Source: Guillardia theta CCMP2712 (taxonomy: Eukaryota; Protista; Cryptophyta). Taken from it: a DNA stretch of 64,000 nt. The stretch is taken from NCBI RefSeq assembly GCF_000315625.1, contig NW_005434626.1:321448-385447 (forward strand). The letters are read 5' to 3'. The notes below the pieces were generated by a model. It was not told where the DNA came from. It did no database searches and saw only the letters and a program-made list of their open reading frames with translations. Shown piece by piece: positions 10,594-23,235 of the stretch. Each line of letters starts with the position of its first letter. Positions within the stretch are counted from its first letter, which is position 1. The position numbers and the translations under genes were made by a program.

Positions 10594-13274
10594 CTAACTA
10601 ATCTTGTCATCTGATGTCCTTGTGGTGAGAGAAACCAAAGTGATGGTTGTGCTCAAGATGCCGCCCATGCCTCCCCTGCACCTCAACGTCAGTTTCCTTC
10701 CCGCTCGTCCTCACTCACATGATAGCGACGAGAACGAGGGCTGCTCGTCTCCACGGCTCTCCTGTGTAGAGGCCCATCTTCAAGGCGAACAAGGCCTGGA
10801 AGAAGCTCAGAGAACGGAGTGGGGGAGGGGGGAAGCGAGCAAGGGAGGACGGAGAGAGCAGGAGGAGACGAGAGCACAAAGAGGGTAGATGGGATGAGGC
10901 AAGGACGGACAAGGCGCTGCTCACCGGGAGGACGAAGCAGATGAATGCAGACGTCGTGCCACCCACTGGCAGAGAAGTCAGCAACGACAGGAGAGGAGGA
11001 GGAGGAGGAGGAGGAGGAGGGAGAACGGAGCAAGGTCAGAGATTAAAGTGATCGGCGACCGCACCGAGTTGGAAGACCGTGTCAAGATGAGGGACGAAGA
11101 GGCTGAGAACGATGGCGCCACCTGAGATCAGAATCGTCCAAGCTGCATGACTGAGGAGAGGTCATTAGATCAACCATCTTGTTTTTGTTCCACCTTGATA
11201 CTTTCAGATAACACCTCCCTCCCTCCTCTCCTCTCCTCTCCTCTCCTCTCCTCTCCTCTCCTCTCCTCTCCTCTCCTCTCTTCCCTCCCTCCCGTCCCGT
11301 CCCCTCCTCCCAGCAACCTGAGTCTGTTGGATGGAATGTAGCCGGAACACACATTCTCGATGGAAGATCGGCAGGGATGTACGATGAGAGGAAAGGCCAT
11401 GACGATTGTGACGGCAATCGCTCCATACATCAATACAACTCCAACAGACCTGTGGTAGGGAAGGGGAGGGCAGAACAAGAGCGGGAGGAGAGACCCAGAA
11501 AGGGAGGACAGGAGGATGTGACACAGGAGGAGATGGAGGGAGGAGGAGAAGTCAGCGGGTGACCAAGGACCGCAACTCTTCTCACCCTTGCGTGAACTCC
11601 TGCGAGAAGTTGTTGAGGATGTTCCCATGGGTGCGGTGGCCGAACTCAAGGAAGCCACTGACTCCGATGCAGGCGTAGAGGAGGAGGCAGAGGCTGATGG
11701 CGCGGAAGGAAACTTTGGCCATGCGGCGCTCGGAGGCACGGTTGAGGTCGTCGAAGATGGCAAACACGTTGATCTGACACGTGAAGGCAAACATGAAGAT
11801 CGGAACAGCCTGGATTATGTCGAGCGGTTTGCTTCCTACCCACAAGCTCAAATCGCTCCATGGCGGCTGAACGGCGTTGGAAGCGATGTTGAAGGAGGAG
11901 TGATAGCAAACAGCCCCGACAAGATAGATGATGGTGATCACTCCAAACAGCGAGGCGAAGCGCAGCTCGTTCATGCTATCCACCAGCGAGAGAGGGAGGA
12001 GGAGGAAAAGCCACACAACGATGAGGGCAACGGTTGAAGTCATCCATGGCGCATAGCTGCTGATGTTGGTCACAATTACAAGAGGGGTGACGAAGTCGTG
12101 TAGAGTCTTGCAGTAAGCCACCTACATAACAATCAGCGTGATATCAGAGGCGGATGAGGCTGTTGATTGCAGTGAGAGCGGCAAGACACGACGAGGTCGA
12201 TAAAGAGGAGGGAGAGCAGAAAGAAGCGGCCGAACAGCGAGGAAAAGATAGCTTTGTGAACTCAGGGAGATAGAAAGGAAGGAAAGGAGGGAAGAGGGCA
12301 AAGACAGGAAGGAGAATCGGGGAAGCAGCAAATTACTCCAGTTCCGAAGCAGATTGCGATGATATTCCACTCAACAAAAGATGCCCAGCGGGGACCGAAG
12401 AGGTGTCGAGTGATCTCTTCATAGGTGGAGCAGCCAGTGCGAGAACGGGCGATGACTAGAAGGTTGATCGAAAAGGTTGTAGTCCAGGCGCACACGCAGA
12501 GGAGGAAGAGCCCTAGAGCGATTCCCATGCTGAAACAGCTGCGTCAGGAGGGAGGGCAGGAGGAGGAGGAGACTCGACCAACCTTTTGAATGCACTGGGG
12601 ACCGAAAGAGCGCCGGCGCCTGGGAAGCAACCAAGTCAAGGTGAGGTGAAGGAAACGGTGTAAGAGAAGAATAAGAATTGTTCAATCAACACTCGTTCAG
12701 TCATCTCTTCACTGAAGATCGCATGCTCGTGGATGGAAGGGTCAACATCCATCATGCTTTCAGCGCGAACTGACTAGGAGTTGCTCACCCAATGTCGCAC
12801 TGCAGAGATTGAAAACACTTCCACGAATAGATCCTTGCGAATAATACTGATCGAGAAAATCTTGAAACGAGCTTCCAGAGGACTGATGTCCAAAATGAGA
12901 AGATCCATCGAGAGAAATCATGTGGAGTGGGGGAGGAGGGGAGGGGAGGAGGAAGGAGCTAACGGCAATGCAGCAGCTTCACCCTCCCCATCATGGCAGT
13001 GTGGATCACTGAGAGGAGGAGGGCAAGAAGAACCAACCTGCGTTTGTATCATAGGCCGACTTGTTCGAGCCGGGACTCTGAAAAAGATCGACAAGTGAGT
13101 TGCAAGTGAAATGGATCGAGACTGAACATGGAAGTTTCACCTCTGCAACAACGTTGCGCCCTCCCCGTCCTCTTCTTCATTCCGATCTTCATTCGAAGAG
13201 TCTGGTGGGAAGCTGTTCGAACTTTCTTGATGCATCTGAAGGTTTTCTTCAAGATTGTCGCGTTTTGATGCCAT
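10594..13274 (-). CDS. Amino acid transporter, AAAP/SLC38 (AVT-like) family
   Basis: Exons include GIALGLFLL..TTFSINLL..TYEEI..LFG, LLLPLSLVDSMNELRFAS, PIFMFAFTCQINVF, YACIGVSGFLEFG..GNILNN, AFPLIVHPCR, GGTTSAFICFVLP; start MASKRDNLEE at 13274. Confidence 0.92.
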
Positions 13275-13689
13275 ATCTTCCCTTTCTCTTCAATGTCCTT
13301 GTCGACAACTGAGCATCTTCAAAAAAAACTTCTGTCACCATGAACATAAGTCCGTGCGAAATCCAAAGATTGAAACAAACACAAGTCGAGTGTTAAAAGG
13401 AAGATATACATTGAAATCTCCAGTCAACACAACTGCATCCCTTCAAACCACAGACTCTCCCTTGTAATTCCCTAAATTCCCATGTTCTCCATTGTCAGTC
13501 GGCCATCACTGTCCCTCGCATTCCACATGAACATCATCATATCGCCATCTTGATTCTCTCACATATCTTCTTCTCTCCACAAATCAACATGTTCACATCC
13601 CTCAATCTCCTCCATCTCCTCCATCCCCTCCATCCCCTCGTCTTCCTAACTATCCCCTGCCATACTTCGTATCTGTAGTCTATTGAGAG

Positions 13690-14065
13690 GTCCCCAGTTG
13701 GTGCTGAAGTGGGGTCCCTACAAAGGGTGGGTGGTTTTTAGGAGGGGGTAGGGGTGAGGTACATAGGAAAATTTCATAGGAATTCCTTGGTGAAGGGCGA
13801 GCATTCTAGTCTAAGGGGGTACACTGTTGAAACGTAGGGGGTGGTCACCGAAGGGTAGTGAGGTTGGGGTGGGTACGGCATTCTGACTTGCACCCCCTTG
13901 ATTCTAGCAGATACATAGAGGACATCTGAAGGTGGGGGTAGTGGGTGGTGAGGGAAAACTCGGGGGTAGAAGTCAGCTATTCGTGGGGTAGGGGGTAGTC
14001 GGCGTGTAAAAGGGGCAGCCAGTTGAAAGGTGGGGTAGTTTATAGATGTGGGTAGGGGTGGCGGT
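13690..14065. repeat. GGGGT(A/G) motif array (G on + strand)
   Basis: Many ggggta/ggggtg/gggtag words within ~370 bp of a divergent intergenic region. Confidence 0.65.
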
Positions 14066-14656
14066 TGTTTGAATCGAATTAGATTTTGAATTTTGAAGAT
14101 GGATGCGAGGAGGGGAGAGCAGAGAGGAGGAGAGGAGGAGAGGAGAAGAGGAGAGGAGAAGCGAGGAGAGGAAAAGAGGAGAGAGGAGGAGAGAACAGCA
14201 GTAATAGTAGGGGGAGAAGGTGATGATTTAGTTATTAAGGGCAAAAGAGGAGATTCCCACTTTGTTGAACCCCATCATCCGATCACAACCTTTTCTTGTT
14301 GAAGGAATAACAAGCAGTCAAGCTGACTGAAGAATCTTACTGGGAAAGGGAGACAAGACCATAGAGACTTATACGGCATGCAAGATAACGCAAGATATAC
14401 GAGGGAGCTTGAAGTGCTGGTTGATAGCAGTAGAATAGAACGGTAGAGGTGGCGATGTTCAACTGAAGTTCAGGATGTCAAATGAACCCGCTCTGTCTTA
14501 TCCTGATCACTGATGATTTGAACATTACATCCGTATATGACAGAGAATTATATGCGGTGTGTACAGCACTGTGCTGATCTTTTTGAACCAGGGGGGAAGA
14601 GCCAAGTTTTATGCCCTTCCAGTGCAAACTGAAAGTTGTCTGAGGTACAAAGACGA

Positions 14657-16767
14657 ATGACCACAACTGGAGTATTGAAAGCAAGCGAGACGATGTTCGA
14701 CAAGCTCTCGCGATCTGAGCTGCAAAAGATTGCAAAGATGCACGGGATTAAGGCAACACAGACCAATGCAAAGATCATCGGTGAACTCATCGCCAAAGGA
14801 GTACAATTGGAAGAACAAGGGGAAGCAGGACAAACCGATGCTGTGGAGCAGCTGGAGCAGAGAGGGAAGCAGAACAAGCGAGGAAAGAAAGCTGCTGAGA
14901 TGCAGGAGGACAATCATGTGAGAGGAAAGGTGAAGAACGGAGAAGTGGCAGCACAAACAGACTCTTCCTCCCCCTCCTCCTCCTCCACCACCACCACCAC
15001 CACCACCTCCTCCTCCTCCTCCGTGACTACAATCACAACCTCCTCCTCGCCCTCAAATTACTCTGAGATGTCAAGGAGCGAGCTCCAGGCCCTTGCCAAG
15101 TCTCGGGGTGTGAAGGCAAATCAGAAGACAGCTGACATCATTGCAAACTTGATCGCTCTGGACGGGGAGACTGCTCCTGATGCCATGTCAGCACCAGTCG
15201 TAGATGCCAAGAAGATGAATGTTGAAAAAGAAGAGGCTCAGGCTCAGCAAGAGCGCGAGCAGGAGCACGAGCAGCAGGAGCACGAGCAGGAGCAAGGTGA
15301 AATCACGGAGAAGAGAGAGTCTCTCCCTCTGGTGAGGAGGATGACAAGAAGTTCCCTGCGATCTCTTGGCAACCGAGCAAGCCTTGAGGAAGCAGACGTT
15401 AAAGGTGTTTCAACTCCCTGTCAGAAGGGAGACAGTGAAGGTGCGATGATGATGATGATTGTTGACAACCTTCTATGTGTTGGCGGCTTGGAGGTGTTGT
15501 TGATGACCTTTTCATTGTAGATGATCAACACAAAACAATTGTCGATAATCAGGAGCATGTAGAGGATCAAGAAGACGGTGATACGAATATGAGTGCTGGA
15601 AAAGGCGAGGAGGAAGAAAATTGCCATCAGCCGGAGGAAGGTGATGATAGGCAGGATGCACGGCTCGTTGTTCTCACAACAACTTCAGCTCAGTACGCTT
15701 CATATGTCAGCGAGCAGGAGCAGGAAGACGTTGAGCAGCAGAAGCAACAAGATCTGGATGGTATTCTACATCCTCTGATAGCATCGGCGTTGACGTTGGA
15801 GCAGACGGGGCAAGAGGTCCTAGCAAGAGCGCAGCAGCTGCCCATGAGGAGGAACCTGTGAAGAGCAGCAAGCAAGGAAAGAAATCCCTCAGCATGCAGC
15901 GCCCTGTGGTGAAGAGCGTGAGAGCAAGCGTCTGCTTCAAGCCTGCCCCGAAGGTCGCCCCCTCCGTTCCGAGTAGGATGAGCATGAAGCCTGTCGGAGT
16001 CGGCATGAAGAGGAAGGCAGAGGGAGTGGAGGAGCGACAGGACGGCAGACCTGCCGAGGTGACTTGGCTGGACTCCGAGCTGGCGGAGGGTGGTGACGAG
16101 GGTGGTAGCAGGCGGGGAACGGTAAGGGCCCTCAGTACAAGAGATATAAGGGGAAGCTTCCTCCCTTCGAGTTCAACGAGAGGTGCTGCACGTGCTGGAG
16201 GTACTGGAAGATGACTTGTCCTGCAGGTCGATCTTCGTGAAGCCTGTCGCCAAGGTCATTCCTACCTTCCTCTCTCTCACTCTCTCTCCCTTCCCCCGTC
16301 CTCCCTCCTTATCTCCCTCTAACTTTGTTGGCTTTTAGCCCGCTTCTCATCGCGCTTCTGTTGCGTCTGCTGTGGTCAAGCCCGGCCAGCTTGACAAGAG
16401 CAAAAACTTGCAACCTCTCCGAGCAATGAACGCGCCCCCACTCAAGATGGCAGCAGTGAAGGAGGAGAAGAAGGACAAGGAGGGGAAAGCAGCGTCCTCA
16501 AGAGCAACCTTGTCCGCGACTTTGCATCCCAACAAAGAGAACATGAGGTAGGAGGAGGAGGAGGAGGAGGAGGAGGCAGTGGTTTCTCAAGGAAGCTGCA
16601 GGGATACTGCAGTCAGGCAGAAGGCTGCGGTGCCTGCAGAGAAGAGCAACAAAGGTGACAAGGGAGCGAGGGAGGGGAGCGAGTCTGAGAGGAGTGCAGG
16701 TGTGCGGAGGAGAGAGAGCTCGGGTGAAGTTTGTCTGCCCGAGGGACTACCTGTCTTCATCACTTGA
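14657..16767 (+). CDS. Low-complexity protein with two SAP/HeH-like motifs and a C-terminal KEN box (NuSAP-like architecture)
   Basis: LSRSELQKIAKMHGIKATQTNAKIIGEL and MSRSELQALAKSRGVKANQKTADIIANL; acidic middle; basic Pro/Lys-rich tail containing PNKENM. Confidence 0.7.
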
Positions 16768-16989
16768 TGGTAGTGAGAGATGGACGATTGATAAGTGTAA
16801 AAAGAAAACTTGATTGAATACTGAAGACCTTACTTAGTCTTGATCTCTACCTCAGCCCTCCACCCCAGGCTCTTGCTGGCTCTCCCTCCAACTTGATGCG
16901 CAGCCTCTAAGCCTCCGAGCTCTAACTTTCCTCTGACCCTCGCTGCTCTGCAAAGCGACCTGACGGTCGAACTTTGGACCTGCTACTAC

Positions 16990-17200
16990 GGGCCTCCAGG
17001 CGGTAAGTTCAGTGCCAGGCCGCCCCCCCTGGACCGCCCGCCCGGGCTCCGGCAGCCTGCTGGGCCCGGGTCCAGGAGTCCGGGCCGGCCGGGCCCGACA
17101 CCGTGACGGAGTCACTCGGAAGCCGCTACTAAAAATAAGTTGAGGAAGCCTGGCACCGTGGCACTGCAGCAGGTGACAGTGGAGGTGACCGGGGCGACAC
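16990..17200. other. GC-rich micro-palindrome block
   Basis: gggcccgggtccaggagtccgggccggccgggcccgacaccgtgacggagtcactcgg. Confidence 0.55.
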
Positions 17201-17234
17201 CAATCCTACAAGCTAACTTATCATACATCTTGAG

Positions 17235-20020
17235 ATGCAGGAGAGATGCGGTAGTAGCCATGCACTAGAAGCGATGACGGAGAGGGAGCGGGGCGAGGAA
17301 GAGGTAGGGAGGGAGGGAGGAACAGCGAGAGATAGATACGGATACGGGTAGATAGAGGCAGAGACAGAGGAGGAGAGACAATGGTAGTGACATGGCTTCA
17401 AGAGGGTACAAGAGTCGTACTGACTATTGGCAGGGTCCACAGCCAGCCCATATAAAAATGCAGCGAAATGAACCGAGAGCACAAGGGGTAGAGAAATCGA
17501 GGAGCCAACCAAATGAGGTATGCTAGTTGCCCTTGATGTGAACTGAGATTTAGTGAGACCTTGTGGTATTTGCAGGTTCAGAAGTTGAGGGAACGAGAGA
17601 AGGAGATGAATCAGGTTCGAGGGGGTGTCAGTTTGATTTTGTGCTGGTTGAAGGAATTCTTGACAGGAAATCGCAAAACTTCGGCAAGAACTATCAACGC
17701 TGCAGGTGGAAATAGGACAAACTTGTTCAGCAACTCACATCGAACAGGAATCCCTACAACAGCAAGTTGGCAAAGGAGACCCCAAGCATGAAGCTTATCA
17801 GAAGGAAGGGGCGAAGGAGGTTGTCTTCCTCTTCGTATGCTGGTCAATTGATATGATGCCACAGGAATCACTGTCGCCATCAAAGCGAGAGCTCTCATCT
17901 TCAGATCTCATGGTGTCTCGTTGGTAGACATGGATGCTATGAGTCTGATCTTTCATGCAAGATGAGAAGCGTTCGAAGCCTGTCGCATGAAAACTTTGAG
18001 GAGGTTGTTCAGATGTCTTCGCTGTTGCTCTGCCAACCTTGACTTGTTCTGAAATGAAGGCTGAATCGGAGCTCAACGAAGTTTTGCGTCAGTTGGAACA
18101 AGATGCAGATGGTATGGAAAGCTTCGCAGGGCGATACTGACTCCTTGTTACAGTGCTGAATGGAAGGATCAGAAAAAGAACGATCTTCTTCTTCCTTGTT
18201 CTTGTTGCCTCAGTCATGGCTTCTCCTTGTTTCTTGATATCCCTCCGCGAAGCCGTAAGCTCTGTCAACCCCTCCCTTCCTCCTCGCCCTTCGAATGCTG
18301 ATCTTGCCTAGGGCTACGTCGAAGTCAAGAAAGGAACAGCTTTCTGCCGCTTCCTATCTGGTGAGGTTCATGTGACTGCAATCATGTCAAGCTCAACGAG
18401 AACAGGTTGGGATTTCTGCATGCAACAGACCAAGTTCTGGACGAGTACCCTGAACCCTCAACCCAAAACTTGTGGTGACTGGTTTGTTCAGAGACGTCCT
18501 TCTTGTGGCTCTACATGAAAACGGCGTGCGCACTCTCACCGAAGATGGTGGAAGCAAAACCTTATGAATTCAATCTCTACAACCCCCCGCTGATGAAAGA
18601 CGGGTATTGCTCTCTACTCGATACTCCTGAGCACTCAATAGAACCCGCTTGCTCCAGTTTCGTGAACACTACAGAGATGGGCGAAGTCTTGATTGGAGAG
18701 GCTTCTTTGAAAGTTCCCTCGTTCTGCCTACCACCACATGCATTCACATGCAGTCCAGGTATGCTCAAGGGGTACATCAGAACAGAGCTTTCTCAGGAGA
18801 GACGATTGCGACGGGTAAGTTCCGACAGCTGTCGTATCCTTCTCAGTGAACCACATCTCTGTCAGTTGTCTCTGCCCTGCTGGGTCTGTCTGGATTCATT
18901 ACAAGGACCCGAGGTTGATCAAACTGCGAGTCGATGTTGAAGGATGTGAGTTTTGACATTGACGGTGGAAGATTCTTCGGCAAAGGCCAAGGATTTTGCG
19001 TTCCCGATGCTGAGTGGCAGAAGTGCTACAGCAGTTGGCCATGCTGCAAGTGAGTGCGAGCGAAGATGCTGGAACGAACCTGACTGATGATACAGACACA
19101 AGCCAAACTTTTGCTGGGAGTTCATATGGAATGGAGGAAGAAAACTCGCGGACATAGAGGTTGCCTACCTCGTCCATCCTCTCCCTCTCCCTCTCCCTCT
19201 CCCTCTTGTTCCTCCTTGCAGCCTTTTATGTTTCGGCAGGGCTCCAGCAGAGTTGTTGTCGACTCTTGCAGGTCAGATTTTTCTTTTTGTGCGCTCGTGT
19301 GATTGACAAGCCCTCAGCTTGCATGGCGGATGCAACGTCATGATCAGAAGATACCGGAAGTGGGAGTTGATCAGCGAGACGAGCTCAATCAAATACGAGA
19401 GGGTATGATCGGTGTGCCTTCGACTGCTCATCTGATGTGTTAATGCAGGATGTCGTTGAAACGAAAGTAAGTTGATGTCATGACACGACGACAGCGTCTT
19501 CCTCTCCTCTCACGATCTGAGAGCAACTCAGTTGATCGGTGTGGCCCTGGAGGAAGTGCAAGCGGTGAACAAGACACTCAATGTCAACCTTGACCTGCGG
19601 GGCTGGGTTATCCTCATTCTACACCTTCTTTCCTCATCACGGTACCGCAGGGACTCCCATCATCTACCCAGTACCTGCTCAAGGTAAGATGACGTCATCC
19701 GTTTCAGACTCCACCTGAACCTCCTGTGATGTGCAGCTGGGCCCACACTCGGACCCTCGAGAGTGGAGAGTCCACCAGGAAGATCAGGTCATGAGCAAGC
19801 ATCGGGTGAGTTGGCGCGTCCTGCGCCTCGTGTCTCAGTCGTGGCAGGCTGGACGGCGCTACCGCACCTGGCAGCTCGTCTCCCGTTACTCGATAGTGGG
19901 GACAGACATGCAAGGTGAGGCTGTCTTGACGTGTGAAGCTAATCACCGATGCAAGGTAATGCGCACGAGTTCGTCTCCTGGCATCAGAGGGAGTGGAAGT
20001 CCTACCAGGACGTCATGTGA
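17235..20020 (+). CDS. Uncharacterised multi-exon protein (N-terminal coiled coil, one TM segment, Cys-containing C-terminal region)
   Basis: Series of GT-AG bounded exons, e.g. RTIFFFLVLVASVMASPCFLISLRE, KPYEFNLYNPPLMKDGYCS, RYRTWQLVSRYSIVGTDMQ/GNAHEFVSWHQREWKSYQDVM*. Confidence 0.55.
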
Positions 20021-20096
20021 AAGTTCGATGGTCGGGGAGAGCACAGGAAGTCAAGAACAGTGGAGAAGCCTTGCTACAAGGCTGTCAAGCTCGCTG

Positions 20097-22490
20097 TCAT
20101 TTTATTCCTCTCTTTGATGTGCAGTATGTTGCCATCATCATAAGAGCATTCCAGTAGAAGAGGAAGGAAACCTGTGCGACGTCAGGGGTCAAGTCGACCC
20201 TCTCTCATGCCTCTTGCTCTACCTTGCTGTCTGGATCGAAACTGTTACCGAAGATCTTGGAAAACACATAATCAGAAGGCATCCCATAGCCTGCGTGACA
20301 TGCGTGAGGGATGCTTCTAGTGCGAATAGAGCTCTCAACGTCTCATGATGATCTCCATGCAGTCTTCCACCCGTATCTCTCCGACGTCCTGCTCCTCTTC
20401 CTTCAGGTGGTCACGTTCCTCGCTCTCACTCACCCCGACGTCGAACATTATAAACTCCACGACAGCCATGAACTGGAGGCGCCACGTCAGCGTCCTCGCA
20501 CGCTAGTTGACAAGAACCTGAGGAGGCTGATCCTGAGTGCCTCCCACGCTGGTGAGGTACTCGATGCAGATGTTGCGGAAAGCGATCCAACCTATCGTCC
20601 TCTCACGGCATGTTGCAGCCACAGCCCACTTGCCTACAGCCTGAGACGAGGAGTCCGGCATGGCGTCGAGGTCCTGCTGGGTCATGGTCCCTTCCTCCGT
20701 GAGGACCACAGGAACGACCTCCGGGCTGCAGGGAGCAGACAAACCCCGTCAGTCCTCCAACTCCACAGGCGTTGAAGACAAGGAAGGGAGGATGCCTGGG
20801 TTCATTTTGAGGCAGCGAATCATAAACCCCCCGCGGACTCTGACGATGACGTCAGCACAGGCAGGTCAAGAGAAGAAACATCTTCATCACCATGATAGGT
20901 GGGTGCTGTATGTCCCGTTTGGTACAGCAATCTACTGCTTCTGGTGTGACGATTCGAAACTTGGAAGTTCTACATGTCTTTGGTGAGATGTGAAAATGCA
21001 ACATTGACATTGTAAGCAACACCTTGTCACTTCCTGTATCTCCTGCAGATGCAGAAGGTTGTTCTTGGGAATCTCTTCCTCCTGTTCATGGCAGAAATTC
21101 GTCTTCACGGCGATGCTCTCGTGATTCAAATCAAATCGAAACCTGGTCGTTGGCAGATTGTACTGGTAGCACGAGTCAAACGAGCATGTTGGAACTCAAG
21201 GCCTCTTGCCTGTAGAAGCATCTGTATTGGTTCTCCTGGACCATCCTGGGGAAGGCAGAGGTCCTTTGAATTCTCCTGGACTTGAGTCTTGTGAGGGTGG
21301 AAACTAACAATGTTGCATCTACCGTAGCTGGTGCATGTACATGACGCCCAAGAATTTGCTCTTCTTGGTGCAGAGTTGAATGATAGGTTTGAAGTGTAGC
21401 ATGAGCTGCGTGTCCAACAGAGCTAAGACTTGACACTCGCCGATGGTGTTGACTTCACCTGATCGAAATGTGTTTCTGAGACGTCAAACTCCTGCTTAAG
21501 TCCGAGTGAAGTGACTTTCAGATGATAGTCTTTCGCATCCACTAGTGCGTTTTTGTCCACGTCCAGATAAACGAATGCTTTACGAATGCGCTGATGATGG
21601 ATCATTCAACAAGAGACCGTCTTGACAATAAATCTACCTCGCGCATGCCCTTCAGTTGTGCAGCTTGCCCATCCTTTGTGCCGTGTTCGACACTCGCAAT
21701 AATTTTCCTACGATGAACAGGTCAGCAAAGCCTTAACGCGCTTGTACGCACTCTTTTTGGTTTTCGTGATGCATCGATCTTCGTTGTCCAACCAAGAACT
21801 CTAAGAGCAAGTGCATCAAAGATTGCGATTGAACCATCATCGTGGCCACCTCTCTGTTTCTTTCTTTCAAAGGCAGCATTCTTCTCATGAGCCTGGCAAT
21901 CTCGTCTGAACTCTAAAGAGTGTATGTTCGCCTCCCTTCTTGCACTGATTCTGGCCATCCTTTCGCGTTCCTCCAATGCCTTTCTCTCTTCTTCCAGTCT
22001 CTGACCAAGAACAAGTCATCCCATAAACATCGGCATCAAGTTTGGATACCTTTAGATACTCCTCTTTCTCCTTCATGTTCTGCCTTTCTTCACGAGCTCG
22101 GTCTCGTTCTCTCTTGGATTGCTCCAATCGATTCTTTTGCATGTTAAGAAATTCCATTTTCCTTGCCATCCTTTCGGATTCTCCCTGGGAATAGTTGCCT
22201 TGCATGTTGTTTTCCTCCTGCAGACGTTTCAGTTTCTAGTTCACAAGATGAATTTTCTTTCTTGCTCCGCAAGATCGCATTGAAGTGTCTCTCCCTCATC
22301 TCTAAAGCTAAAAGGGAACATAAGTCTTCACAGATGCCAAGGGACAGGAGCAAGACTGACAGCTATTGAGACCTTCAGCTCGTAACTTGTGACACTGTGG
22401 GCTTTTCCAACCTCTTCCTCCCTCCTACTGATTGTTCTCAAAACGCATGTTGTTCGTGCTTTCTGATATTCTTATCTTTAACTCCCGCCA
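20097..22490 (-). CDS. EF-hand protein with N-terminal coiled coil (start uncertain)
   Basis: IRKAFVYLDVDKNALVDAKD EF-hand loop; C-terminal GWIAFRNIC..PPQVLVN/..EFIMFD..GEIRVEDCMEIIMRRYG resembles a calmodulin-like EF pair seen in flagellate proteins; ends SKRGIK*. Confidence 0.65.
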
Positions 22491-22599
22491 TCGCTCCTCC
22501 TCTTATCGTTAACTCCTGCCATCGCCGGCTTCTAGCCTACTAACATCATCTCGTTGCTACCATTCTGGAGTTCCCCCCTGGCAGTTTGACGACAGTAAC

Positions 22600-22930
22600 C
22601 GATCATGTAACCGCCGGGAGTCTAGGGCCAACTGAGTTCAACCAGGTGACCCGATCGATTCCGGCGGGGACTCGCCCTGACCGAGTCCGGGCAAGTTCCA
22701 AGCGGGGCCGCCCGGGCCGGGCCGGCTGAGTTCCTAGCAGCGGCGGACTCCGGCATAGTATGGAGCGCCCGGGCCGCCGCGGAGCCGGCTCCGGGCGGGG
22801 TCCAGCCAGTGACTCCTGGCCGGAACTACCAGTTGAACTCAGTGACTTCACTCAGTGTGGACTGGGACTCCCGGAGTCCGTCCGGCACGGTCGGCCACCG
22901 TGACGGTGACTCACTGAGCAGTGCGACAGT
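22600..22930. other. GC-rich micro-palindrome block in divergent promoter region
   Basis: gggccgcccgggccgggccgg, actcagtgacttcactcagtg, gggactcccggagtcc, ccgtgacggtgactcactgag. Confidence 0.6.
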
Positions 22931-23235
22931 TCAACGGTTACTATCTAGGAGAAGCAGTTACGAACCGTTTCGTTACGGCCCGAAGTTTGTTGCCCGGGAA
23001 AATGCAGGAAAATGAGAAAAGGGGCTGTAGCGGGACTGAAGATGTTCTCCTACTAGAAAGAGGAAACAGAGGAGAGGAGGAGGAGAGGAGAGGAGGAGAG
23101 GAGGAAGGACAAATACTGCTGAATGAAACTCACCAGACTGAAAGGCAGAAACCAACAGTCATACAATGATCGGACCAACCAAACACATCGGCATGTGTAG
23201 TTTCTATCCTTACTGCTCACTTTACCTTTACAGAC

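Noticed and set aside
10556-10614. Apparent coding overlap between the convergent Cys-rich gene and the amino acid transporter
   Set aside because: The more plausible splice (after ..GAINTK) ends the + gene at 10556, 37 bp before the transporter stop at 10594, so only the UTRs would overlap
22469-22525. ~25-bp near-duplication carrying two ATGs upstream of the EF-hand gene
   Set aside because: Both ATGs meet early stops unless spliced; function cannot be supported
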